Virus record (IMG/VR): IMGVR_UViG_3300025872_000062
Coordinates: 1 to 59,370 of that record
Direction: 5' to 3' (one strand)
Source: a virus
Taxonomy: Duplodnaviria; Caudoviricetes
DNA length: 59,370 nt
The notes under the pieces are model-generated. The model saw nothing but the letters and a program-made list of their open reading frames with translations. It searched no databases and was not told the origin of the DNA. Below are positions 29,576-36,895 of this stretch, piece after piece. Numbering within the stretch: position 1 is the first letter of the stretch; the number at the start of each line of letters is the position of its first letter. A program made the position numbers and the translations under genes.

Positions 29576-29964
29576 AGTTGCTGCATAACTCCGGCGATGC
29601 GCGCTACTTGCGCCTCATCGCCAATACGGGATTCGATGGTCGACAATGTATCGAGCGCCTGTTTTGTCGAACGCACTATCACGGTTACTCCACGCTCGGC
29701 TAGGTTCTTCTGTGCTTCGCTAGGCTTTCCCTTCTCGGCTTTTAGTTCCAGCGCAACTGCAAGCGGACCCCACCCATCACGGTGCACATACAAGTCTGGC
29801 AATCCCGGCGTATTGCCTTGCCATCCTGTTGCGTATGCACGGTTCCCGCACCTGGCGCATACGTTCCTGCTCCTGCTTTTGCCTGTCTCCATTACGGTGT
29901 ACCCAAGCAAGACAAGCATGGAACGAATGTCGCGTTGCAGCTGGGCTTCTGGTTTCATAGTCAT
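29572..29964 (-). CDS. VRR-NUC domain nuclease (putative resolvase)
   Basis: EAQLQ...PGLPDL...LELKAEKGKPSEAQK PD-(D/E)xK motif; small CxxC insert. Confidence 0.85.
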   Translation of the reverse strand: MTMKPEAQLQRDIRSMLVLLGYTVMETGKSRSRNVCARCGNRAYATGWQGNTPGLPDLYVHRDGWGPLAVALELKAEKGKPSEAQKNLAERGVTVIVRSTKQALDTLSTIESRIGDEAQVARIAGVMQQL

Positions 29965-30119
29965 CGACCAAGCAGATAGAACTCAAGCGCGCGGATCAAA
30001 TCGATGCCCTTGAGTCCAGACTCTTCGGCCATGCGTTGACACTTCGCGATCTTGCCTTCATCGATCCCGCTCTTCCTTGCGTTCTCGATGACGATGTTCA
30101 AACGGCTGGTGTTGCTCAC
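29961..30119 (-). CDS. Hypothetical protein (52 aa)
   Basis: GTGA overlap with the upstream stop and AAGGAG RBS favour a start at 30119. Confidence 0.5.
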   Translation of the reverse strand: MSNTSRLNIVIENARKSGIDEGKIAKCQRMAEESGLKGIDLIRALEFYLLGR

Positions 30120-30670
30120 TTCTTGACTCCTTCGTGACGTATGTATCGATAAACCCAAAGCAGTACGGACTTCTTGCGCGACCATCCAGACCGATTCGCG
30201 CAGGTTATCCACGCTGATGCGTTTGGGCTGCGCGCACACAATGCGTATAGTGCCGGGTTGTGCAGGATCTCCTTGTATGCCAGTGCTTGCTCCTCGTCAA
30301 GTCCTGCAGGTGGATCAAGCGGAACACGGAACAACTCGCGCTCCCGATGCTCGTCCGTCCTGGTGTACTCCACAATCTCGCCAGAGTCGAACGTGATTGC
30401 CACTATCGGGGAACTCGGCCATGTGTTGTTCATCATTTCGCACACGGCCTTCGGTCCACGGGTACACGTCCTATCGGTGAAGTAGTACACGCGCTGCTCC
30501 ACCTTGACGATGGAGTTGTGACGCTGCGATATGCGTTCGGCGTCCTGCGAGAACTGCGTCATGGTTGCATCGCAGTCTCGACGAAGCCAATCCCACCAGA
30601 CGGATGTCTGGTGGGATGACTCCAGCATGGTGCGGTAGACGCATGAAACGCCACCGCTCCGTTCCTTCAA
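30116..30670 (-). CDS. Hypothetical protein (184 aa)
   Basis: TTGA overlap and AAGGAG RBS; start uncertain. Confidence 0.55.
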   Translation of the reverse strand: MKERSGGVSCVYRTMLESSHQTSVWWDWLRRDCDATMTQFSQDAERISQRHNSIVKVEQRVYYFTDRTCTRGPKAVCEMMNNTWPSSPIVAITFDSGEIVEYTRTDEHRERELFRVPLDPPAGLDEEQALAYKEILHNPALYALCARSPNASAWITCANRSGWSRKKSVLLWVYRYIRHEGVKK

Positions 30671-30927
30671 CAGGCTGTCTCCTTGATGCCGCCAAGAGGC
30701 CCGAACTCGATCACCTTGTCGGGGTACGGATCGCGCTCCTCACGGGGATCGCGCAACCAGATCTGCATGCATGCCCGGTTGTCCGTGCACGGGTAGCGCA
30801 GATCGCGAAGCGTACGATACTCGAAAACGCGCTTCGCCTCCTTGATGCTGCTGAAAAACTCGGTGTCATCGCGCACGATAGGTTGCGAGTAATTTCCACC
30901 TCCCCAGTACATTCCCCAGCACTTCAT
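30667..30927 (-). CDS. Hypothetical protein (86 aa)
   Basis: ATGA overlap, GGAGG RBS; ends DPYPDKVIEFGPLGGIKE. Confidence 0.65.
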   Translation of the reverse strand: MKCWGMYWGGGNYSQPIVRDDTEFFSSIKEAKRVFEYRTLRDLRYPCTDNRACMQIWLRDPREERDPYPDKVIEFGPLGGIKETAC

Positions 30928-31457
30928 TCCATATCCTCCCGATTGTCGCAAAGCATCTTGTGAAGGCTTTTCTTGTAGTCGCAGTACGACATCTCCGAGG
31001 AGAACAAAAGCGCGAACGTGTAGCCGCTCGCGCCGGGCGCATGCGATTCGTTGTACGTTCCGCAGATGATGAGCCATCGCTGGTCGTCGTACCAGCGCCA
31101 CTCGCCACTGCTTGTCCCGTCTCGATTCTCCTCCGCATCAAACCATTCGATCTCCTCGGAGATGTCTTCGTAGTTGGGCAAGCGCAGCGCTTCCCACTCA
31201 GCATGCCGATCCATGTACACCGTCTCCCACTTCTTTGAAGTGTGGATCGCCAGAGGCGGGAGGAGCGGCTCCCACTCGCCAAAGATGTCACGGGTAACCG
31301 ACGTGAGGTGCGCGCGGTCGGTCGACCCGTGCTTGATATGCACCAGTCCGCTCGGGTGAACGTAGTACGCAGATCCATTGCAACGCCAACTGATTGGCCG
31401 CACAAGGTATTTTCCTTTCGACTCGCTCGCCAACTTGAGGGCATCCAACATGTTCAT
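30924..31457 (-). CDS. Hypothetical protein (177 aa)
   Basis: Preceded by a hairpin (31481-31504) and GAAAGGACAG RBS. Confidence 0.7.
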   Translation of the reverse strand: MNMLDALKLASESKGKYLVRPISWRCNGSAYYVHPSGLVHIKHGSTDRAHLTSVTRDIFGEWEPLLPPLAIHTSKKWETVYMDRHAEWEALRLPNYEDISEEIEWFDAEENRDGTSSGEWRWYDDQRWLIICGTYNESHAPGASGYTFALLFSSEMSYCDYKKSLHKMLCDNREDME

Positions 31458-31510
31458 CCAGATCTGTCCTTTCAGGTAGAGGGGGAACCGTGACCGGCTC
31501 CCCCGTTAAA

Positions 31511-31834
31511 TCAGCGCGCGACCAGCTGCAAGCGCTCGGCTTGCCCGTGCTCGTTGATGATGTAGCGCGCGTCGTTGAAGATGTAATCGCTCACGGACCC
31601 CTTGTATCCAAAAACACCGGGAACATAGTTGAAGATCAAGCGCGTGATCTCCTTCAACGTACTGGCGTTGCGCATATCGGCCCTGGACACGGCCATACGA
31701 AGGTCGTTGTCCAGCACGGACTCGAGGAATCCGCCAACCGGTACGCCGTGCTCCAGCAACCGGGAGAGATCGGCGATGATGTCGTGCGACACCATCGAGT
31801 ATTCGTCGGGCAGTTCAAACTTGCAGAGTTTCAT
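31511..31834 (-). CDS. Conserved phage hypothetical protein (107 aa)
   Basis: EHGVPVGGFLESVLDNDLRMAVSRAD resembles a common small phage helical domain; GAAGGACAACC RBS. Confidence 0.75.
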   Translation of the reverse strand: MKLCKFELPDEYSMVSHDIIADLSRLLEHGVPVGGFLESVLDNDLRMAVSRADMRNASTLKEITRLIFNYVPGVFGYKGSVSDYIFNDARYIINEHGQAERLQLVAR

Positions 31835-31888
31835 GGTTGTCCTTCCAGAAAACAGATGGCCCCCGGCCAGAAACCGGAGGCCAATACT

Positions 31889-31917
31889 ATTCTAAACCAC
31901 GCGCACCGTGAGGTCAA
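31889..31917 (-). promoter_or_regulatory. Sigma70-type promoter
   Basis: TTGACC-17 bp-TAGAAT in an intergenic gap, followed by a 5' hairpin and RBS. Confidence 0.8.
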
Positions 31918-31920
31918 GTG

Positions 31921-32619
31921 TTACTTGAGTTCACCGCACCAATCAACGAACCCGGTCTCGGTGCGGAGTTCCTTCGGGCAGTTGGCATCGATGTACTCGA
32001 TGATGTCTGCCAGATCGCGGCGCGCTTCCGTATTGAGCAGGGCCACCTTCGGAGAGCCGAGTATCAGCCATTGAAACGAGGTGCCCGGGTGCACCCGGTC
32101 CTTGATATACCCGTCGATTGCGTCCTGCCACCACGGTTCTGGGTGGCAATTGGTGCACTTCCCCCGGCTGTTGTATGGGTTGCGGCAGATCTTGCAGCGA
32201 AGTCCTTTGAGTTGTCCGATGAGGCGCTCCATCGCCACGTCGTCGTAGTACCAAGATGTGATGCGCGGGTCTACCGCGCCTTCGTGCCGCATGACGGGCG
32301 TGAGGATGGTTTCAGAGACAAGGCTGTACCACACCATATGTGTGCCGAACTCTTCGACGATCACCGCCGCGTCTTGCTGCGCGTCCGCAGGGAATCCGAT
32401 GGGTGTCCGTCCCTGCGAGAACGCATCGAAGAGCGATTCCAGCAGAAGTCCGATCTGGGAATACTTCAGCGCAACGACCGCGCCGGTGATCGGCGTGATT
32501 GGGTGATTGATGATGCGCGTACCGGAGATACCGGAATACTTGCCTTCGCGCAGCCAGATCTGCCTCAGCGCACCGAGGAATCCGACTGCCATCTCGTTGT
32601 TCGGGTAGTTCGTCTTCAT
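31921..32619 (-). CDS. Hypothetical protein (232 aa) with a central CxxC...CxxC and a C-terminal domain similar to 31511-31834
   Basis: Start placed after hairpin R1 and GAAGGACAGAC RBS. Confidence 0.7.
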   Translation of the reverse strand: MKTNYPNNEMAVGFLGALRQIWLREGKYSGISGTRIINHPITPITGAVVALKYSQIGLLLESLFDAFSQGRTPIGFPADAQQDAAVIVEEFGTHMVWYSLVSETILTPVMRHEGAVDPRITSWYYDDVAMERLIGQLKGLRCKICRNPYNSRGKCTNCHPEPWWQDAIDGYIKDRVHPGTSFQWLILGSPKVALLNTEARRDLADIIEYIDANCPKELRTETGFVDWCGELK

Positions 32620-32640
32620 GTCTGTCCTTCCATGTTCGCT

Positions 32641-32667
32641 GGGGCCGGGTTTGCACCCGGCCCCGAT
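32641..32667. repeat. Intergenic hairpin repeat R1 (family A)
   Basis: GGGGCCGGGTTTGCACCCGGCCCCGAT. Confidence 0.9.
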
Positions 32668-32672
32668 CTGTT

Positions 32673-33029
32673 TCAATCCGATTCCAGTTGCCGATCCCGC
32701 TCCAGATCGATCCGCATCGCCTCGTCCATGCCGGCATCGACGTACCGCTCCACGCTGAGGCTGTAATCGGCGATCACGTCCGTGTCATTGCCCCAGACGA
32801 GCATGATCTGGCCGATTTCGCGCTCGGTCTGCGGGCCGTCGAAGATTACGACCCACTCCTCATCGCACTGGAACAAGTGCGGCTCCAACGTCGCCCAGTC
32901 CGTGGCGATGACCTCGGGATTGTCGCCGGGTTCGTACATGACGGCGACCGCGCGTCCGTCGGCGAATGCCGCCTCGGCCACTGCTTTCACAACGCGCATC
33001 TCCGCGCGCTTCCGATCCTGGATGTCCAT
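32673..33029 (-). CDS. Acidic hypothetical protein (118 aa)
   Basis: GAAAGGAG RBS; IGQIMLVWGNDTDVIADYS. Confidence 0.75.
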   Translation of the reverse strand: MDIQDRKRAEMRVVKAVAEAAFADGRAVAVMYEPGDNPEVIATDWATLEPHLFQCDEEWVVIFDGPQTEREIGQIMLVWGNDTDVIADYSLSVERYVDAGMDEAMRIDLERDRQLESD

Positions 33030-33056
33030 ACTTTCTCCTTTCGGGGGAACCTTGGG

Positions 33057-33497
33057 CTAATCGACGATCAGCGGCTGGCCGCTGACCGTCATCCACATTG
33101 CTCCATCATGGAGCACGTGCTCCACTCTCACGTTGTCCTGATCGTGCCAGTACTGCTCGATGGTGTAGTCGTCGAGCACGTTGGCGACGCGCTCAAGTAG
33201 ATCGCGCAGGTATTCGGCGAGCATTCGGTTGGCCTCCTCCCGCGTCTCCACAAGGTCCACTTCGCCGTCAATGTACAACGCGATCTCGTCCCCTATCATG
33301 GACGAGCGGACCAGTGTCCACCCATTGGACACGGTTTTGTCGACGGCGTTGTCGTCCTGCTTGATCAGTTGCATCTGGCTGACATCCACGGCGCGCAGGG
33401 CGGCCTCCGTCATGTCGTCGATTTCATCCATCGGCCCCCGTAGCGTTATTACATGGCTGTAGAGCCGTTGCAGATAGATGGTCCGCTTCGTGATCAT
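33057..33497 (-). CDS. Hypothetical protein (146 aa)
   Basis: Start after hairpin R2 and AAGGACAACC RBS. Confidence 0.7.
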   Translation of the reverse strand: MITKRTIYLQRLYSHVITLRGPMDEIDDMTEAALRAVDVSQMQLIKQDDNAVDKTVSNGWTLVRSSMIGDEIALYIDGEVDLVETREEANRMLAEYLRDLLERVANVLDDYTIEQYWHDQDNVRVEHVLHDGAMWMTVSGQPLIVD

Positions 33498-33524
33498 GGT
33501 TGTCCTTGTCCTTTCGAGATAGGT

Positions 33525-33545
33525 GGGCCGGGTTTGCACCCGGCC
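33525..33545. repeat. Intergenic hairpin repeat R2 (family A)
   Basis: GGGCCGGGTTTGCACCCGGCC. Confidence 0.9.
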
Positions 33546-33549
33546 TCGG

Positions 33550-33891
33550 TCAGTTGCGCTCGGTATCGGCCGCCTCAAGCGCCTCCGCGATTGCTTGGGC
33601 CGTTGCGGCTGCGCGCGCCTCTCTGTCCCACGCGACCCGTTGCAGGGCGAGACGGGCGCGGGATCGCCCCGCCTCCGTCCTCGCCTTGCCGATGCGGTCA
33701 TGCGCCGCATCCACCGCGTCGAGGTCGAGCCGCGCCGCAAGCGATGCGGCTGCCGGGTGCTCCCCGGCGAGGTCGACAACAGCAGCGCGCAGCAACGCAA
33801 TGCCGTGCTCCGAAGATGAATCGGAGTTTGCCCAGTCCCCCACGCGCCCAAGGGCGCGTGCGACTGCAAGATAATGTTGTGATATGTCCAT
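33550..33891 (-). CDS. Ala-rich hypothetical protein (113 aa)
   Basis: Fills the gap between the acidic peptide gene and R2; weak RBS. Confidence 0.55.
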   Translation of the reverse strand: MDISQHYLAVARALGRVGDWANSDSSSEHGIALLRAAVVDLAGEHPAAASLAARLDLDAVDAAHDRIGKARTEAGRSRARLALQRVAWDREARAAATAQAIAEALEAADTERN

Positions 33892-33937
33892 TTGTTGGTG
33901 CCTTTGCCGGTGTATCGCCCCGCCGGCAGGGCATCGG

Positions 33938-34123
33938 TCACTCGCGCTCCCGGTCGTCGGCGTCGTCGCCGAATTCCTCGGCGAACGCCTCTTCGGCCTC
34001 GGCCTCGGGATCATCGATCCACGAAAGGCCGTCGGTCTCGTCCTCGAGCGCGCCGTATCGATCCTCGTAGGCGATCTCGGCAGTGTCGATCCACACGGCC
34101 AGGCGGTCGAGTATTGTGCTCAC
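33938..34123 (-). CDS. Hyper-acidic micropeptide A (61 aa)
   Basis: 23 of 61 residues D/E; GTGA overlap with the upstream gene and GGAGG RBS. Confidence 0.7.
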   Translation of the reverse strand: MSTILDRLAVWIDTAEIAYEDRYGALEDETDGLSWIDDPEAEAEEAFAEEFGDDADDRERE

Positions 34124-34434
34124 GCCAATCCCCTCCGCTTGGCTTCCCTGTCAAGCATGTCGAGCGCCTTCAGGCCGTGGCCGTCGCCGCGCGCGATCAT
34201 GGTTGGTCTGTCCCAACCAAACGGCTGGTATCCGTCGTGGTAGGTCATCGCATCCCAGATGCGATTGTAGACGTGCGCCAACTCCTTATCGGTCATGAGG
34301 CGGAGGATTGCCTCGGTCGCGCTGGGGGCCTGCGTGTAGCGGCCCCATCGCATGTATCGGCGCTCCGCCGGGGTCATGCATGCATCCGGCATGTGCGCGT
34401 GCGCTTCGCGCGCACGCTTTTCTCGTTTCGGCAT
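34120..34434 (-). CDS. Hypothetical protein (104 aa)
   Basis: GAAGGGACAAACC RBS-like motif; DGYQPFGWDRPTM. Confidence 0.6.
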   Translation of the reverse strand: MPKREKRAREAHAHMPDACMTPAERRYMRWGRYTQAPSATEAILRLMTDKELAHVYNRIWDAMTYHDGYQPFGWDRPTMIARGDGHGLKALDMLDREAKRRGLA

Positions 34435-34496
34435 CGATGGTTTGTCCCTTCGGGGCGCTGGGTGCACCCGCTCACACTATACCGTCAAGTGCGCGC

Positions 34497-34529
34497 AAAA
34501 GAAAAGGGCCGGGGGTTTTCCCCCGGCCC
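34497..34529 (-). terminator. Rho-independent terminator
   Basis: Minus strand GGGCCGGGGG-AAAA-CCCCCGGCCC-TTTTCTTTT. Confidence 0.85.
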
Positions 34530-34547
34530 GTGTTGTCCGTGTCTGGC

Positions 34548-34751
34548 TTACTGCTTTGCGGCGATGTATCCGTCGAGCCATGCTCCGGCTCGAGCTAGGC
34601 CCAGTTCGCGCCCGATAGGGTTGCCGGTGCCGTCTTCGATGCGCTCGAACCAATACCGGGTCACTCCGTCGCCCGGGCGACCGAGGATGACGCGCAACCC
34701 CATTGCCTCCGCGCGCGCCTCGATCTCCTTACGGGTCCACTTACCGGCCAT
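34548..34751 (-). CDS. Hypothetical protein (67 aa)
   Basis: GAGGAG RBS; PGDGVTRY...AWLDGY. Confidence 0.7.
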   Translation of the reverse strand: MAGKWTRKEIEARAEAMGLRVILGRPGDGVTRYWFERIEDGTGNPIGRELGLARAGAWLDGYIAAKQ

Positions 34752-34983
34752 TGTCTGTCTCCTCCTCATGCGTGCACCCGTGCGCGTGGCACCGGTCTGC
34801 GTAGATCATGCGCGCGGCGTCCGTCTCCGGCCCGCGCGCGATCCGCCCGGGGCGGTATCCCATCTGCTCGATGCGGCCAATGGTGCGGTACTCATCCGAC
34901 CATTGACCTGCGTGGTGGTGCGCGGCCCACCAATACCGGGCATCGAGCACGTCCCACCGCGTGTAATCGTGTCCTGCGGTCAC
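34741..34983 (-). CDS. Hypothetical protein (80 aa)
   Basis: GAAAGGA RBS after R3; YWWAAHHHAGQWSDEY. Confidence 0.7.
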   Translation of the reverse strand: MTAGHDYTRWDVLDARYWWAAHHHAGQWSDEYRTIGRIEQMGYRPGRIARGPETDAARMIYADRCHAHGCTHEEETDNGR

Positions 34984-35008
34984 TGTCTGCTATCCTTTCG
35001 TGGTCGTT

Positions 35009-35037
35009 GGGGCCGGGATTGCACCCGGCCCCGATGG
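35009..35037. repeat. Intergenic hairpin repeat R3 (family A)
   Basis: GGGGCCGGGATTGCACCCGGCCCCGATGG, identical to R4 over 29 bp. Confidence 0.95.
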
Positions 35038-35039
35038 TC

Positions 35040-35291
35040 TCAGCGCTGGGCGATGATGATGTCATCGCCCTCGGCGCGCGCGATCCAGTCGCCGCCCTCG
35101 CCAAGTAGCGCCATTATACCGGAAGCCGGGATGGTGGGCGCCAGCGCGCACGCGAGCCGGAACGCGGCGCGCGCATCTTGGGCGCGCGCGGTCTGCCATC
35201 GTTCGCGGATCACGGGGAGGATTGCCGCCGGTACGATCCACGCGGGTTTGTCGGCGGTGCCCGCCGTGATTCGGTAGGTGGTTGGTTGCAT
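35040..35291 (-). CDS. Hypothetical protein (83 aa)
   Basis: Exactly fills the R4-R3 interval; GAAAGGACAG RBS. Confidence 0.7.
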   Translation of the reverse strand: MQPTTYRITAGTADKPAWIVPAAILPVIRERWQTARAQDARAAFRLACALAPTIPASGIMALLGEGGDWIARAEGDDIIIAQR

Positions 35292-35315
35292 TGGGTCTGT
35301 CCTTTCATGGTTGCC

Positions 35316-35344
35316 GGGGCCGGGATTGCACCCGGCCCCGATGG
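35316..35344. repeat. Intergenic hairpin repeat R4 (family A)
   Basis: Identical to R3 over 29 bp. Confidence 0.95.
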
Positions 35345-35347
35345 GGT

Positions 35348-35896
35348 CTAGAGGATGCCGCGCTCGCGCATCGAGGAGACTTCGGGAATGAAACCTTCGC
35401 GTCGCGCTCCGATGATGACATGGTCGAGCACCGGGATACCGATGATGTCGCCGCACTCGCGCAGGCGCTTGGTGACTTGGATGTCTTCGGGCGACGGCGC
35501 GGGGTCGCCGCTGGGGTGATTGTGCGCGACCACAATGGCCGCCGCGTTGGCAGCGATGGCCGGCCGGAACACGCTCCGTGGGTGGATGATTGCGCTGTTG
35601 AGGTCGCCCCTCGAGACGATCTCCGCGCGCAACAGTCTGTTGCGCGTGTCGACCGAGAGCACTGCGAACTGCTCGCACGGGTCGCCGGCCATGCCGGCCA
35701 GATAGGTGGCAACGTCCTGCGGCGCGCGCAACACGGGCGCGGATGCCGGGGCCGCGCACCATGTCGGCAGGAAGGTCGCCTCCACGCGCGCGCGCTCTGC
35801 GCGGAGCGCTCGCGCGACCAATGCCGATATGCTCGGCCGGATGCGGCGCGCGCCCTTGCGCGCGTTGGTCTGCGGGGTCTGCGTGGGTGTCTGCAT
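35348..35896 (-). CDS. radC: RadC-like JAB domain protein (182 aa)
   Basis: EQFAVL...IHPRSVFRPAI...AHNHPSGDPAPSPEDI...VLDHVII. Confidence 0.93.
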   Translation of the reverse strand: MQTPTQTPQTNARKGARRIRPSISALVARALRAERARVEATFLPTWCAAPASAPVLRAPQDVATYLAGMAGDPCEQFAVLSVDTRNRLLRAEIVSRGDLNSAIIHPRSVFRPAIAANAAAIVVAHNHPSGDPAPSPEDIQVTKRLRECGDIIGIPVLDHVIIGARREGFIPEVSSMRERGIL

Positions 35897-35912
35897 GGTT
35901 GTCTCCGTTCCT

Positions 35913-35946
35913 GGGGTCGGGGCCGGGGCGGGTGCGCCGCCCCGGC
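35913..35946. repeat. Intergenic hairpin / G-tract repeat R5 (family B)
   Basis: GGGGTCGGGGCCGGGGCGGGTGCGCCGCCCCGGC. Confidence 0.85.
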
Positions 35947-35954
35947 GGTGGGTG

Positions 35955-36119
35955 CTACTCGGCGTCGCCGTCGCCGTCGCCGTCGCGCGCGTCGTCGTCG
36001 TCGAGGTCGTCGGCGTCGTCTTCGCGCGGGTCGAGGTCGTCGTACCAGTCGTCGAGCGGGTCGAGGTCGACGTAACCGCTGATGCGGTCTTCAAAAGCCA
36101 TATCTACCGGGTCGCCCAT
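35955..36119 (-). CDS. Hyper-acidic micropeptide B (54 aa; absent from the ORF track)
   Basis: MGDPVDMAFEDRISGYVDLDPLDDWYDDLDPREDDADDLDDDDARDGDGDGDAE; AGGAGG RBS; exactly fills the R6-R5 interval. Confidence 0.75.
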   Translation of the reverse strand: MGDPVDMAFEDRISGYVDLDPLDDWYDDLDPREDDADDLDDDDARDGDGDGDAE

Positions 36120-36134
36120 GTCGGGCCTCCTGTC

Positions 36135-36187
36135 TTCGGGGGTCGGGGCCGGGGCGGGGGAGCGCCCCGGCTGGGGGTTACGGGCGG
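36135..36187. repeat. Intergenic repeat R6 (family B)
   Basis: 52/53 identical to 36583-36635. Confidence 0.95.
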
Positions 36188-36573
36188 AACAGGCGCTTGG
36201 TCAAACGGTCGGCGAACCTGTCCGCCAAACGGTCCGCCAGTGCGTCGAGGTCGAGCGCCGCCGCCACCGCGTCGAGGTCGAGCGCCGCCGCGAGTTGGTC
36301 GAGGTCGAGCGCTCCGCTGAGGTCCTGCATGTCGACATGCTCCGCTACGGTTTCGATGCTGAGCAGGTCGGCGATTTCGGCGGCAACGCGTTCGCGCTCC
36401 CGGACGGTCGCAACGTATCCCTGAGTCGCGAGACTCAGCCACAGGCTGCGGAGGTCGACGGGGGCAAGGGCGCCGACAATTGCCGGCGCTATCTCGGGGG
36501 CCATTCGGGTCGCAGCTGCGGCTACCAGTAGGTCGGTCGCCCGTGCGACCTGCTCATCGTTCTGTGTCTGCAT
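36178..36573 (-). CDS. Hypothetical protein with ALDLDxxAA repeats (131 aa)
   Basis: GAAAGGACAACC RBS; three 9-aa repeats followed by ADRL/F repeats. Confidence 0.75.
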   Translation of the reverse strand: MQTQNDEQVARATDLLVAAAATRMAPEIAPAIVGALAPVDLRSLWLSLATQGYVATVRERERVAAEIADLLSIETVAEHVDMQDLSGALDLDQLAAALDLDAVAAALDLDALADRLADRFADRLTKRLFRP

Positions 36574-36582
36574 GGTTGTCCT

Positions 36583-36635
36583 TTCGGGGGTCGGGGCCGG
36601 GGCGGGGGAGCGCCCCGGCGGGGGGTTACGGGCGG
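36583..36635. repeat. Intergenic repeat R7 (family B)
   Basis: 52/53 identical to 36135-36187. Confidence 0.95.
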
Positions 36636-36895
36636 GTCGTCGAGGAGCGGCGCAGGTTGGCCGCATCGAGTCGGGCAAGGCGCAACTGGCGCTCAGTTCC
36701 GTCGAGTCGGGCCGACATTGCGGCGGCGGAGCGCCGATAGGCATCGGCGCAGGTTTCGGCGTGTTCGGCGCGGCGCTCGGCGCGGCGCTGGGCGCGGTGG
36801 GCGTTGCGGAGGGCGTGGCACGCCACTCCGGCGACAAGGATGGACAGAGCGCTGAGGGCCGTCAAGGCGGCCGGGACGGCGGTCACTAGGGTCAT
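36626..36895 (-). CDS. Membrane-anchored coiled-coil protein (89 aa), first gene of the early array
   Basis: Hydrophobic N-terminus; GGAG RBS. Confidence 0.6.
   Translation of the reverse strand: MTLVTAVPAALTALSALSILVAGVACHALRNAHRAQRRAERRAEHAETCADAYRRSAAAMSARLDGTERQLRLARLDAANLRRSSTTRP

Noticed and set aside
32641-35344. tRNA genes suggested by GGGTGCAATCCC T-arm-like loops
   Set aside because: Isolated hairpins without acceptor, D or anticodon arms.
32641-36635. CRISPR array or integron attC cassettes
   Set aside because: Intervals are roughly 220-1500 bp and hold whole genes; no cas or integron integrase gene; no RYYYAAC/GTTRRRY box pairs found.
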